Positions 42,796 to 52,667 of a stretch of DNA of 64,000 nt are shown here, in pieces. Position 1 is the stretch's first letter. Each line of letters opens with the position of its first letter. The position numbers and the translations under genes are program-made. Origin of the DNA: Patescibacteria group bacterium (GTDB taxonomy: Bacteria; Patescibacteriota; JABMPQ01; JAQVVF01); NCBI GenBank assembly GCA_041662665.1, contig JBAZSC010000001.1, positions 385,511 through 449,510 of the forward strand, given 5' to 3'. The notes under the pieces are model-generated. The model saw nothing but the letters and a program-made list of their open reading frames with translations. It ran no database searches and was not told the origin of the DNA.

Positions 42796-44889
42796 ATGAA
42801 AAAATTATTATGTCTTAGTGCGTTGATTTTTTGTCTTACCGCGTTTTTAGGTTTTAACCAAGCAAAAGCTTATACTTTTGACAACAGCGTGCAAGGGAAA
42901 GTTTTTTGGACAAGCATAACTTCGGGTGGTTCAGATAGCTATGGTAGAGCATTAGCATTAGACAGAGAACATTATCCACATATCTGTACCTACTCATCTG
43001 AATCAGGTACTCAATACCTTAGGCATTCTTATTGGAATGGAACAACATGGATAGTTGATACAGTTGATAGCTCCGCAACAGCAGATTTTGGAAAATATTG
43101 TTCTATTGCTGTCAATCAAAATACGGATGTTACACAAATAAGCTATTATTCTGGCACAGCTGGACATGTGCGTTATGCTACTAACGTTTCAGGTAGCTGG
43201 GTTGCAACAAATGTTGATACAACTGCTGATGATACTGGACTATATACTGCTATAGCTTTAGATACATTTGGCGATGCGCATATTTTGTATAGAAATGTCA
43301 CAGATACTGATTTAATGCATGCTACGAATGCAGGTGGCTCATGGACGACCGAAAAATTACCAAATGCAGGGGATAATATTGGTTTTTATAATGCTATTAC
43401 CATAGATTCATCAAACAAAATTGATATTGCTTACAGAGATAATACAGATAGCAAAGCTTATTATAATAACAAATCATACGGTGGAAATTGGAGTAATCCA
43501 GCCACAGAAGTAGGTTCAGCATCTGCTTCAGCAATTTCTATTTCAAAATCTTCAGACAATATCGTCAGAATTTTCTATGTTGCAGGAGGAGAAACGCTAG
43601 AAATGGCATCTCAAAATGGCGCGTCTTGGGATATAACAAATTTAGTTCTAAAATCAAGTACATCTGGCCTAGCAAACTCCTCTGGAATCTATGACAGCGC
43701 AACAGGGGCACATGCAGTCACGGTAGATGGCGTCGAATCCTTTACATATTATGTCAACTATCTTAGTCAATCTGGTATCGACGTGCTTAGTAATACAGCC
43801 GTTAATTCAACTGCAATTGACTTTTACAATGACAATGCATTTATAACATATGTGGGACAAACCTTTGTCCTCCTCGACTCCGTCAACCCCGACGTTTCAA
43901 GTTTTCAAGCCCTCCGCACAGGTTTGTCAGTTGCATACACTTTCACAACTCCTGACTATGCAGAAATGGGTGGCTCAAAATATTTTTGCATTGACGAGAC
44001 AAATACTTGCGATCCAGCAACAGGTACTGCAATTTCATCTGCTTCAACTTCAGGGACATATACTTTATCAGGCAATTCAGCAAATACTTTTTACATCAGA
44101 ATTAGTGATTGGGCTCAGAATCTAAGCGTCATTCCATACAATACAGATTCAACAGCTCCAGTTACAACAGCATCATTAGCTAATGGAACTTTCAATGATA
44201 CCAAGACTACAACATTAACAGCAACAGATTCTCAATCAGGAGTTTCAGCTACTTATTACACTTTAGATGGCACTGATCCAACAACATCTTCAGCAGTTTA
44301 TTCAGGTACAATTACAATTTCAACATCAAAAACTCTAAAATATTTTTCTGTGGATAATGTTGGAAATGCAGAAGCAGTAAAAACAAATACTTACACCATT
44401 ACGCGTTTAATCAAACAAGACAAAAAATTAAAAATTTCCAGTACTAAACAAGGCTTTACATATACTGGAGTCGGATTAAATTTATATTTTACAAGCTTAC
44501 CAGCAAAAGTTACCAAGAATAACAAGTATTGGTTAAAATGGCATAAATATAATAGTTATCCAACTAATTGGGCAAATGCCAGCAATAAGACTTTAAAAAG
44601 ATACTGGAAGTTAAATGATAATACTTCTAAATTGAAAACCAAATTCAAAATGAAAATTGCTTTCAAATACACAAGTAAATTATTAAAAGCTCTAAAAAAG
44701 AAAAATCCAGGCATTAAGAAAAAAGATCTTCGATTACAATATTTTGATTCAACAACAAACAGCTGGAAAAACATCGCCAATGCTTGGCCGAAAGCAAAGA
44801 TACTTGCCAAAACCAAAAAGAATATGATTACAGTCAAATATTTCAACAAGTTTCCTAAAAAAGAATTCTTATTTGCGATTGGATTGTAA
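42796..44889 (+). CDS. Secreted surface protein (697 aa): signal peptide, beta-propeller-like repeats, CHB_HEX_C-like module, shared Lys-rich C-terminal domain
   Basis: Signal MKKLLCLSALIFCLTAFLGFNQAKA; repeated Y..G.W....D units. TDGTDPTTSSAVYSGTITISTSKTLKYFSVDNVGN. The C-terminal ~150 aa are homologous to the C-termini of 12495..15896 and 59596..61455. Confidence 0.55.
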   Translation: MKKLLCLSALIFCLTAFLGFNQAKAYTFDNSVQGKVFWTSITSGGSDSYGRALALDREHYPHICTYSSESGTQYLRHSYWNGTTWIVDTVDSSATADFGKYCSIAVNQNTDVTQISYYSGTAGHVRYATNVSGSWVATNVDTTADDTGLYTAIALDTFGDAHILYRNVTDTDLMHATNAGGSWTTEKLPNAGDNIGFYNAITIDSSNKIDIAYRDNTDSKAYYNNKSYGGNWSNPATEVGSASASAISISKSSDNIVRIFYVAGGETLEMASQNGASWDITNLVLKSSTSGLANSSGIYDSATGAHAVTVDGVESFTYYVNYLSQSGIDVLSNTAVNSTAIDFYNDNAFITYVGQTFVLLDSVNPDVSSFQALRTGLSVAYTFTTPDYAEMGGSKYFCIDETNTCDPATGTAISSASTSGTYTLSGNSANTFYIRISDWAQNLSVIPYNTDSTAPVTTASLANGTFNDTKTTTLTATDSQSGVSATYYTLDGTDPTTSSAVYSGTITISTSKTLKYFSVDNVGNAEAVKTNTYTITRLIKQDKKLKISSTKQGFTYTGVGLNLYFTSLPAKVTKNNKYWLKWHKYNSYPTNWANASNKTLKRYWKLNDNTSKLKTKFKMKIAFKYTSKLLKALKKKNPGIKKKDLRLQYFDSTTNSWKNIANAWPKAKILAKTKKNMITVKYFNKFPKKEFLFAIGL

Positions 44890-45059
44890 ATTTAAAGTAA
44901 GTTTTTTCACTTGTTAAAATATGTTATAATAGAACCATAGATATTATTTTATATGACATAATTTTTGAGTCTGGTGATTCGTCGATTCGCATATTCGTAG
45001 ATTAGCATTAATTTGCTTCTAAGGGCGCAAATTAATTTCGTATATTTGTATTATATTTT

Positions 45060-46325
45060 ATGGGATTTCTAGATAAATTCTTTCCACAAGAAAAACAAAA
45101 TGGTAATTATGCATTAGCTTTAGATATTGGCACCGATCTTGTCAAAGCTTTGATATTTGAAATAAAACCTGAAGAGCAAAGAGGTTATGTTATTGGTGTT
45201 GGCCGTCAAAAACAAAAACTTAGCGACATCCATGCTGGAGCAGTTACTGATATTCAAGGCGTTGTCAGATCAGCAGAAAAAGCAATTGAAACAGCAGAAA
45301 AAATGGCAGATGTAAAACCAGACCAAGTTATTCTTGGTATTGCTGGTGAATTAGTAAAAGGCATTACAACTAATGTCCATTATGAAAGAAAAAAACCAAA
45401 AGTAAAAATTGATTTTCCAGAATTAAAAAATATTTTGCAAAAAGTTCAGTGGCAAGCTTTCAACAAAGTCCGCAAACAACTTTCTTGGGAAACAGGCTTA
45501 GATGAAATAGACGTAAAATTAATTAATGCAGCAATAGTTGATGTCCGAATTGATGGTTATAGAATTGCCAATCCAATTGGTTTTCAAGGCAAGGATGTCA
45601 GTATTTCAATTTTTAATGCCTATGCTCCATTAGTGCATTTAGGAGCTCTAGAATCAATCTCAACAGATTTGGAAATGGATTTGTTATCAATAGCAGCAGA
45701 GCCATATGCAGTTGCTTCTTGCCAAGATCTTGAAGATTCAAAAGAATTTTCGGCAATCTTTATCGATATTGGTGGTGGAACAACTGATGTCGCAGTTGTC
45801 AAAAATGGCGTTTTAGAGGGCACAAAAATGTTTGGTCTAGGCGGAAGAGCTTTTACAAAAAGATTAGCCAATGAATTAAAAGTAAATTTTTCTGAAGCAG
45901 AAGAAACTAAACTAAAATATTCCAAGAATTTATTAAAACAAGATCTAGTAAAGCAAGTCAAAAAAGCTTTAGATTCAGATTGCCAAGTTTGGCTATCTGG
46001 CGTTGAATTAGCTTTATCAGAATTTGATAATATCGATCATTTACCATCAGAAATTTTATTATGCGGTGGTGGTAGCGCATTACTTGGTATTAAATCCGCT
46101 TTACAAAGTGAAGACTGGATCAAAAATCTGCCATTTACCAAAAAACCAAAAATAAATTTTCTAAAACCTGCTGATGTTACAAGTATTGTTGATAAAACTG
46201 GCTTATTAAAAAGCCAACAAGATGTGACCCCAATGGCTTTAGCAAATTTAGCCTTAGATTTAGCTGGAGAAGAAGAGCCTTTGCAAGGAATTTTACGCAA
46301 AGTTGTAAATATGATGCACACCTAA
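45060..46325 (+). CDS. ftsA: Cell division protein FtsA (actin-like ATPase)
   Basis: ALDIGTDLVKALIFE and DIGGGTTDVAVV phosphate-binding motifs; 421 aa. Confidence 0.8.
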   Translation: MGFLDKFFPQEKQNGNYALALDIGTDLVKALIFEIKPEEQRGYVIGVGRQKQKLSDIHAGAVTDIQGVVRSAEKAIETAEKMADVKPDQVILGIAGELVKGITTNVHYERKKPKVKIDFPELKNILQKVQWQAFNKVRKQLSWETGLDEIDVKLINAAIVDVRIDGYRIANPIGFQGKDVSISIFNAYAPLVHLGALESISTDLEMDLLSIAAEPYAVASCQDLEDSKEFSAIFIDIGGGTTDVAVVKNGVLEGTKMFGLGGRAFTKRLANELKVNFSEAEETKLKYSKNLLKQDLVKQVKKALDSDCQVWLSGVELALSEFDNIDHLPSEILLCGGGSALLGIKSALQSEDWIKNLPFTKKPKINFLKPADVTSIVDKTGLLKSQQDVTPMALANLALDLAGEEEPLQGILRKVVNMMHT

Positions 46326-46403
46326 AAACATTTAACTATTAACACTTAACATTTAACGATTTTTAAAAAATGTTAATTGTTAAAAGTTAATTGTTAACTG
46401 TCT

Positions 46404-48044
46404 ATGCGCCATATCTATCTCGAAGAAGATGATGAAATAATTTCCGTAATTGATAAAATAAAAAACGTTCAAGATAGCAACGTTGAGTTAGTATTCCCAA
46501 ATAAATCACCTTTGATTAGAAGTATTGTTAACTTAAAAATATTAAAACGCCAATCAGACATTTTGAAGAAAAATATTATTGTTGTTTCAACAGACGAGAT
46601 TGGCCAAGTTCTAGCAAAGAAAGCAAATCTACAAATCAAATCCAAAGTAGATGATAGCCAAGATGAAGACCAAGAATCACAAGTTTCTGATGTTCCTAAA
46701 AATGGTCCTGTTTTTAAATCATACAAAGAAGAAGAATTATTAAAGAATATTAAAAAATTAAAAAATCAAGAAACTCCAGAAGTAAACAAGCCAGATTATA
46801 AAGAAATATCTAAAGATTCAAAAAGAAAACAAATTGAACTTTTGAAAAAAAAGTTTTCAACAAATCAAAAACCAAAATTTGTTTTGTTGCCGTCAAAAAT
46901 ATCAAAAATAATTTTAGGTTTTTTTGGCGTTTGTTTAGTTATCGGCATTATTGCAATTATCTTTATCTTGCCAAAAGCCCAAATTATCTATTCACCAAAA
47001 ACAGAACCTTTTACTCATACCTTAGAAGCAACATTAGTTCAAGGACTTAGCGAACCAAATATTGCCGACAAACAAATTTCTTATGAACTTGCAACAATTG
47101 AAAAAAGTAGTGACGAAGCAAATTTTAATGCAAGCGGAGAAAAAGATATTGGTGCAAAAGCAAAAGGACAAATTACAATTTACAATAAATATTCTTCAGA
47201 GCCACAACCATTAATCGCAACAACAAGATTCATGGGAAATAATGGCAAAATTTATCGCTTAGCTAACGATATAAATGTTCCAGGCGCCAAAATCGATGAA
47301 GGAAAGACTATAGCCGGAAGTATTGATGCTACAATTGAAGCTGATGCTTTTGGCAGTGAATATAATTTAGAAGCAGGTGCTTTTGCAATTCCTGGTCTAA
47401 GCTTAGATAAACAGCAAGCTATCTATGCAGAAACAGTTTCCGCAATAACTGGAGGAGAATCAAAAAAAGTTACTGTCATAACTTCCGATGATTTGAAAAA
47501 AGCAAAAGATGATTTACTTGCAAAAGTTAGTCAAAAAATAGCAGAAGAATACAAAACCAAGATCCCAAATGACAAGATAATTATTGATGGTGCAATTAAA
47601 AATGAAATTCTTGATTCGAAAACATCTGGTGAAGAAAATAAAGAAATGAAAGATTTCAAGATGTCTGTATCTGTAAAAAGTACTATTCCTTATGTTTCAA
47701 AAAATGATTTGCAAAAAATAGTTTTTGCTGATGCCAATAGTTTCTTGCCAGAAAATAAACAATTGCTTGATGAAAATTTAGACAATGGAATAAATTACGA
47801 AAGTATTTCACAAGAAGAAAATAAAATAAATGTCAAAATTTCTTTGAACAAAAAAATGTACACAAAGATTGATGAGCTAGAAGTAAAAAATAATATCGTT
47901 GGCAAAAAATCGCAAGAAGCAATAGACTATATCATGACCAATCCTTATGTTTATAAAGCTGAAGTTAATTTGTGGCCATTCTGGGTAAAGAGAGTTCCGC
48001 GCATCAAAAGTAAGATCAATATAAGCGAAAAAGAGCTTGACTAA
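46404..48044 (+). CDS. Bitopic membrane protein (546 aa) in the position usually occupied by ftsZ; hypothetical
   Basis: Cytoplasmic N-domain, then TM IILGFFGVCLVIGIIAIIFIL, then a large extracytoplasmic domain. No tubulin GGGTGTG motif. Confidence 0.4.
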   Translation: MRHIYLEEDDEIISVIDKIKNVQDSNVELVFPNKSPLIRSIVNLKILKRQSDILKKNIIVVSTDEIGQVLAKKANLQIKSKVDDSQDEDQESQVSDVPKNGPVFKSYKEEELLKNIKKLKNQETPEVNKPDYKEISKDSKRKQIELLKKKFSTNQKPKFVLLPSKISKIILGFFGVCLVIGIIAIIFILPKAQIIYSPKTEPFTHTLEATLVQGLSEPNIADKQISYELATIEKSSDEANFNASGEKDIGAKAKGQITIYNKYSSEPQPLIATTRFMGNNGKIYRLANDINVPGAKIDEGKTIAGSIDATIEADAFGSEYNLEAGAFAIPGLSLDKQQAIYAETVSAITGGESKKVTVITSDDLKKAKDDLLAKVSQKIAEEYKTKIPNDKIIIDGAIKNEILDSKTSGEENKEMKDFKMSVSVKSTIPYVSKNDLQKIVFADANSFLPENKQLLDENLDNGINYESISQEENKINVKISLNKKMYTKIDELEVKNNIVGKKSQEAIDYIMTNPYVYKAEVNLWPFWVKRVPRIKSKINISEKELD

Positions 48045-48073
48045 GCTAAAATAAAAAAAGTCCCAAAAAGTCA

Positions 48074-48102
48074 TTGACATTAATAAAATTACGATATATA
48101 AT
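48074..48102 (+). promoter_or_regulatory. Strong sigma-70 promoter TTGACA-17-TATAAT for the infA-rpmJ-rpsM-rpsK-rpsD-rpoA-rplQ operon, followed by a palindrome-rich leader
   Basis: -35 at 48074-48079 and -10 at 48097-48102. The leader contains TTAGTGCAGCACTAA. Confidence 0.6.
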
Positions 48103-48217
48103 TAACCTAAATTAGTGCAGCACTAACTTAGTTCTGACGGTTTCAAAAATACTGTCTAGCTGCTGAGGTTTTTGTTTGTAATCGTTAGATTTAAATTAGT
48201 GCTGCATCATATCTTTT

Positions 48218-48445
48218 ATGTCTAAAAATTCGCAGCGCAAAGAGATTATTGAAATGACTGGTAAAGTTGTAGAGACGTTACCAAATGCCAATTTCAAAAT
48301 TAAACTTGAAAATGGCCATGAGATTTGGGGCTATGCTTCAGGCAAAATGAAAATCAATTTGATTAAACTTTTGCCAGGAGATAAAGTATTGATTGAATTG
48401 AGCCCATACGATTTATCAAAAGGTAGAATTACTAGAAGACTGTAA
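48218..48445 (+). CDS. infA: Translation initiation factor IF-1
   Basis: [31 protein letters not shown]...[14 protein letters not shown], an S1-like fold. Confidence 0.9.
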   Translation: MSKNSQRKEIIEMTGKVVETLPNANFKIKLENGHEIWGYASGKMKINLIKLLPGDKVLIELSPYDLSKGRITRRL

Positions 48446-48524
48446 TTGACGGACAATTAACTTTTAACTATTAACACTTAACTTTATGTTAACTGTTAGT
48501 TGTTAACTGCTAAAAAAATCAATC

Positions 48525-48638
48525 ATGAAAGTAAGAGCATCAGTAAAAAGAATTTGTAATAAATGTAAACCTGTTCACAGAAAAGGCAGAATTTATATTA
48601 TTTGTGAAAATCCAAAACATAAACAACGCCAGGGCTAA
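48525..48638 (+). CDS. rpmJ: 50S ribosomal protein L36
   Basis: Not in the ORF track (37 aa). Translates to [37 protein letters not shown] with a Cys4-type zinc ribbon; conserved position between infA and rpsM. Confidence 0.85.
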   Translation: MKVRASVKRICNKCKPVHRKGRIYIICENPKHKQRQG

Positions 48639-48689
48639 CTTTTGATTTTGACGTTTTATTTTAGACTTTAGACTTTTAACTAATAAAAT

Positions 48690-49079
48690 ATGGCTAGAAT
48701 CGCTAGTATCACAATTCCATCAGAAAAAAGAATAGATGTCGCTTTGACATATATTTATGGTATTGGCTTGAATCTTAGTAAAAAGGTTTTAAAGACAGCT
48801 AATATTGCTTGGAATAAGAAAACTAAGGAATTAACGACTGACGAAATCAATACATTAAAGAATCTTATTGAAAAAAGACACAAGGTTGAAGGTGATTTGC
48901 GTCGTGAAAAAATGCTTAATGTTAAAAGATTAAAAGAAATAAACTGCTATCGCGGCACTAGACATGCTAGAAATCTTCCTGTTCGCGGTCAAAGAACAAA
49001 GACCAATTCTAGAACAGTAAGAGGTAATGTAAGAAGAACAGCTGGTAGTGGCAAGCGCGCTTCAGCAGAAAAGACTTAA
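48690..49079 (+). CDS. rpsM: 30S ribosomal protein S13
   Basis: MARIASITIPSEKRIDVALTYIYGIG... Confidence 0.93.
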   Translation: MARIASITIPSEKRIDVALTYIYGIGLNLSKKVLKTANIAWNKKTKELTTDEINTLKNLIEKRHKVEGDLRREKMLNVKRLKEINCYRGTRHARNLPVRGQRTKTNSRTVRGNVRRTAGSGKRASAEKT

Positions 49080-49086
49080 AAAATTT

Positions 49087-49482
49087 ATGGCTAACACATT
49101 TACTAAAAAAAGTGCAAAGAAGAAAGTAGTCCGCAAAATTAGCAAGGGTCGTGCTTATATTGCATCAACTTATAACAATACCCATGTTTCTTTAACAGAC
49201 TTAAATGGAAATGTTATTTCTTGGAGCAATGCTGGAAAATTAGGCTTTAAGGGCGCAAAAAGATCTACTCCTTATGCTGCAACTGAAATTGTTAAAGATG
49301 CTATTACTAAAGCAAAACCAACAGGCATTAGCGAGATTGATGTATTTGTTCGAGGTATTGGTGGCGGACGTGAAGCAGCAATCAGAGCTTTATATTCAAA
49401 TGGTTTAAATATCGTCTCTATCAAGGATATTACTCCAATTCCACATAATGGTTGCAGACCTCCAAAAGTAAGACGCGTTTAA
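49087..49482 (+). CDS. rpsK: 30S ribosomal protein S11
   Basis: RAYIASTYNNTHVSLTDLNGNVISWSNAGKLGFKGAKRSTPYAA. Start at MANTFTKK; the longer track ORF overlaps rpsM. Confidence 0.9.
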   Translation: MANTFTKKSAKKKVVRKISKGRAYIASTYNNTHVSLTDLNGNVISWSNAGKLGFKGAKRSTPYAATEIVKDAITKAKPTGISEIDVFVRGIGGGREAAIRALYSNGLNIVSIKDITPIPHNGCRPPKVRRV

Positions 49483-49569
49483 CAGTTGAATTTAATCTTA
49501 AATTAAATAAAAGAGATTAGAAAAACTTTCTCAATATCCAATTTCTAATTTCCAATTTCTAAATCTATT

Positions 49570-50193
49570 ATGCTATACAAGAAATGCAAAAAATGCCGAC
49601 GTTATGGTGAAAAACTTTTTTTGAAAGGTGATCGTTGTTATACGCCAAAATGCGCAATAACAAGAAGAAACTATGCTCCTGGAATTCATGGTGATACTGG
49701 AAAGCCAAAGAAAATGTCTGAATTTGGTACTCAACTTTTTGAAAAGCAAAAAGCTAAAAAGATTTATGGACTTCGTGAAAAACAATTCAAAGGTTATTAT
49801 CAAAAAGCTAGCAAGCAAAGAGGTGTTACTGGTGAAAAAATTGCTCAATTACTAGAAACAAGATTAGATAATATCGTTTTTAGATTAGGTTTCGCAAAGT
49901 CTAGGAATTTAAGCCGTCAGATTGTTAATCATGGACATGTTTTAGTTAATGAAAAGCCAGTTGATATTGCTTCTCATCAACTAAAAATTAATGATGTTGT
50001 CAAGATTAAGAACAAATCAAAAGCTAATAAATATTTTGTTAATATTCCAAAATCGATTGTAAAAGATTCTATTCCTCGCTGGTTAGACGTAAATCCAAAA
50101 GAATATTCTGGAAAAGTTATCGCAATGCCAAGTCTTGCTGATATGGATCATTCAATTGGCATGAAGCAAATTATCGAATCATATTCAAAATAA
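49570..50193 (+). CDS. rpsD: 30S ribosomal protein S4
   Basis: A Cys-rich N-terminus (CKKCRRYGEKLFLKGDRCYTPKC) and an S4 domain. Confidence 0.93.
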   Translation: MLYKKCKKCRRYGEKLFLKGDRCYTPKCAITRRNYAPGIHGDTGKPKKMSEFGTQLFEKQKAKKIYGLREKQFKGYYQKASKQRGVTGEKIAQLLETRLDNIVFRLGFAKSRNLSRQIVNHGHVLVNEKPVDIASHQLKINDVVKIKNKSKANKYFVNIPKSIVKDSIPRWLDVNPKEYSGKVIAMPSLADMDHSIGMKQIIESYSK

Positions 50194-50331
50194 TTAATAC
50201 ATTTTTTTTATTTTTCTGCGTCTTCTGCGTTCGATTCTGCGTAAGTCTGCGTTCATATTTGAACCGCAGAAAAAGCAGAATATAACGCAGAAAGCGCAGA
50301 ATATATTTATAAGCATTTAATTATAATTTTT

Positions 50332-51291
50332 ATGGAGGAAATTATCATACCATCAAAGATTGCTGCCCTAAAAGAAGAAGATAATGAATCTACTATTGTT
50401 ATTGAGCCATGTTTTCCTGGATACGGTCTTACTTTAGGCAACGCATTAAGAAGAATTTTACTTTCTTCTCTTAAAGGTGCTGCAATTACTGCTATTAAGA
50501 TTAAAGGTGTTGATCATGAATTTACAGCTATTGAACATATCAAAGAGAGCGTTATTGATATTATTTTGAATGTAAAGAAAATTAGAGTTAAATCATTCTC
50601 AACTGAGCCTGTTAGAGTAAAATTATCACACAAAGGCGTAGGCGAAATTACTGCAAAAGAAATCAAAGCTACTAGCGATATTGAAGTTATCAACAAAGAT
50701 CAAAAAATTGCCGAAGCTACAAGCAAAGATGCTAATTTTGAAATGGAATTTGTTATTGAACAAGGAATGGGTTATTTACCAGTTGAACAAAGAAATGGCA
50801 AAGATCTAGAAATCGGCATGATCGCAGTTGATGCTATTTTTTCTCCAGTTATTGCTGTTGGCTACAAAGTTGAAAGTACTCGTGTTGGACAAAGAACAGA
50901 CTTTGACAAACTTATCTTAAATGTAAAAACAGATGGTTCAATTTCTCCTTTAGACGCAATTGCAAAATCAGCAAAAATTTTAGTTGACCAATTCTCAATA
51001 TTAGCTGGTAAGGAAATGATTGAAAAGAAAATCAAAGAAGGTAAAGAAGAAAAAGAACAGCCAGCAGAAGAAAAAGAAGAAGCAACTACAGAAGCAGGAG
51101 AAAAATTAGTTTCCGAATTAAAATTATCAACAAGAACATATAATTCATTAGATAAAGCAAAAATCAGAAAAGTTAAGGATTTGATCAAAAAATCAGAAAA
51201 AGATTTATTAGAATTAGAAGGCTTTGGCGAAACAGCTTTGAAAGAAATCAAAAAAGAATTAAAGAAATTAGATTTAGATTTAAAAGCGTAA
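50332..51291 (+). CDS. rpoA: DNA-directed RNA polymerase subunit alpha
   Basis: N-terminal IEPCFPGYGLTLGNALRRILLSS plus a C-terminal alpha-CTD (ELKLSTRTYNSLDKAKIRKVKDL). Confidence 0.93.
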   Translation: MEEIIIPSKIAALKEEDNESTIVIEPCFPGYGLTLGNALRRILLSSLKGAAITAIKIKGVDHEFTAIEHIKESVIDIILNVKKIRVKSFSTEPVRVKLSHKGVGEITAKEIKATSDIEVINKDQKIAEATSKDANFEMEFVIEQGMGYLPVEQRNGKDLEIGMIAVDAIFSPVIAVGYKVESTRVGQRTDFDKLILNVKTDGSISPLDAIAKSAKILVDQFSILAGKEMIEKKIKEGKEEKEQPAEEKEEATTEAGEKLVSELKLSTRTYNSLDKAKIRKVKDLIKKSEKDLLELEGFGETALKEIKKELKKLDLDLKA

Positions 51292-51335
51292 TATTTTATT
51301 TTTAATTTTAGATTTTAGACTTTTAATTAACAAAG

Positions 51336-51686
51336 ATGCGACATCTTAAGAATACTAAAAAATTAGGACGTGATAGAGCACAACGAAAAGCTTTGAAAAA
51401 AATGTTAGCTTCATCTTTAATTTTGCATGGCAAAATTCAAACAACAGAAGCAAAAGCATCTTTTGTCAGACCTTATATCGAAAAGATAATTACTGCTTGC
51501 AGAGAAAAAAGTTTAATTTCGAAAAGAGCATTAAATCAAGATTTAAATAGCAAAGCAGCCATCAAATTCAGCAAAGATTTAGCAATAAAATTCGCTGGCA
51601 AAAAAGGCGGTTACACAAGAATCACAAAGTTGTTCACTCGCAAAGGCGATAATGCTAAAATGGTATTACTAGAATTAATTCAATAA
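51336..51686 (+). CDS. rplQ: 50S ribosomal protein L17
   Basis: MRHLKNTKKLGRDRAQRKALKKML... Confidence 0.9.
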   Translation: MRHLKNTKKLGRDRAQRKALKKMLASSLILHGKIQTTEAKASFVRPYIEKIITACREKSLISKRALNQDLNSKAAIKFSKDLAIKFAGKKGGYTRITKLFTRKGDNAKMVLLELIQ

Positions 51687-51716
51687 CAGTTTATTAGTGA
51701 AATATTAGTGTATTAT

Positions 51717-52109
51717 ATGAAAACATTTATTCCAGAATCAAAAAATATTAAGAGAGAAAAACATATTCTTGATGCTTCAAAAGAATCATTGGGAAGATTA
51801 GCAACAAAAGCTGCTACTTTTTTAATGGGCAAACACAAAGTTGATTATACTGCTCATTTAGATATGGGAGATTTTGTAACTGTTATTAATTCCAGTGAAG
51901 TTATTTTGACTGGCAACAAAATGGAAGATAAAAAATATCATCATTCATCTTGGTATTTAGGAAATTTAAGAACATTTTCTGCACAAGAAAAATATAATAA
52001 GAATCCTAATTTTTTGATTAAGAACGCAGTCAAAGGCATGTTGCCAAAAAATAGGCTTCAAAATGCTAGATTAAAAAGATTAACATTATTCACAAATGAC
52101 GGAAAATAA
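51717..52109 (+). CDS. rplM: 50S ribosomal protein L13
   Basis: MKTFIPESKNIKREKHILDASKESLGRLATKAA. Confidence 0.9.
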   Translation: MKTFIPESKNIKREKHILDASKESLGRLATKAATFLMGKHKVDYTAHLDMGDFVTVINSSEVILTGNKMEDKKYHHSSWYLGNLRTFSAQEKYNKNPNFLIKNAVKGMLPKNRLQNARLKRLTLFTNDGK

Positions 52110-52563
52110 GAAACCAGAGACAATTAAAGAAGTTGCTAAAGAAGTTATTCAAGAAAAACAAGCCGGCGATTTAGCTGGAAAATATTATTATGGAACAGGC
52201 AGAAGAAAAAGAGCTATTGCCCAAGTCAGATTATATCGCGGTAATGGAAAATTTACTGTAAATAAAAAAGAATTAAAAGTATATTTCAAAAATGCAGATT
52301 TAAGAGATATTATTTTAGAGCCATATAAATCAGTTGGTCAAGAAGGAAAATTTGATACAACGGTTAAGGTTTTAGGTGGTGGATCAAAAGGCCAAGCTGA
52401 AGCAGTTAGATTAGGAATTTCAAGAGCCTTAGTTGTCAAAAATCAGACTTACAAAGTTCCTCTAAAAAAATCAGGATTCTTAACAAGAGATCCAAGAGAA
52501 ACAGAAAGAAAGAAGCCAGGTTTAAAGAAAGCAAGACGCGCTCCACAATGGGCAAAGAGATAA
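52096..52563 (+). CDS. rpsI: 30S ribosomal protein S9
   Basis: YYGTGRRKRAIAQVRL...GGGSKGQAEAVRLGISRAL...KKARRAPQWAKR; overlaps rplM by 14 nt. Confidence 0.93.
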   Translation: MTENKKPETIKEVAKEVIQEKQAGDLAGKYYYGTGRRKRAIAQVRLYRGNGKFTVNKKELKVYFKNADLRDIILEPYKSVGQEGKFDTTVKVLGGGSKGQAEAVRLGISRALVVKNQTYKVPLKKSGFLTRDPRETERKKPGLKKARRAPQWAKR

Positions 52564-52575
52564 AAAAATATTTGG

Positions 52576-52604
52576 CCGCGGGATTTATTCTCGCGGTTTT
52601 TTTA
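52576..52604 (+). terminator. Intrinsic terminator after rplM-rpsI
   Basis: CCGCGGG-atttattct-CGCGG followed by TTTTTTT. Confidence 0.75.
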
Positions 52605-52667
52605 TTTTCTCTTGAAAAGAAAAAGAACAATAGTATACTTATATTAGCTCTTTGCAGGAGGAAAACG

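Noticed and set aside
52548-52667. Track start of the ORF at 52548 running through the rpsI terminator
   Set aside because: The hydrophobic N-terminus is just the terminator hairpin translated. The Met at 52668 has a good SD.
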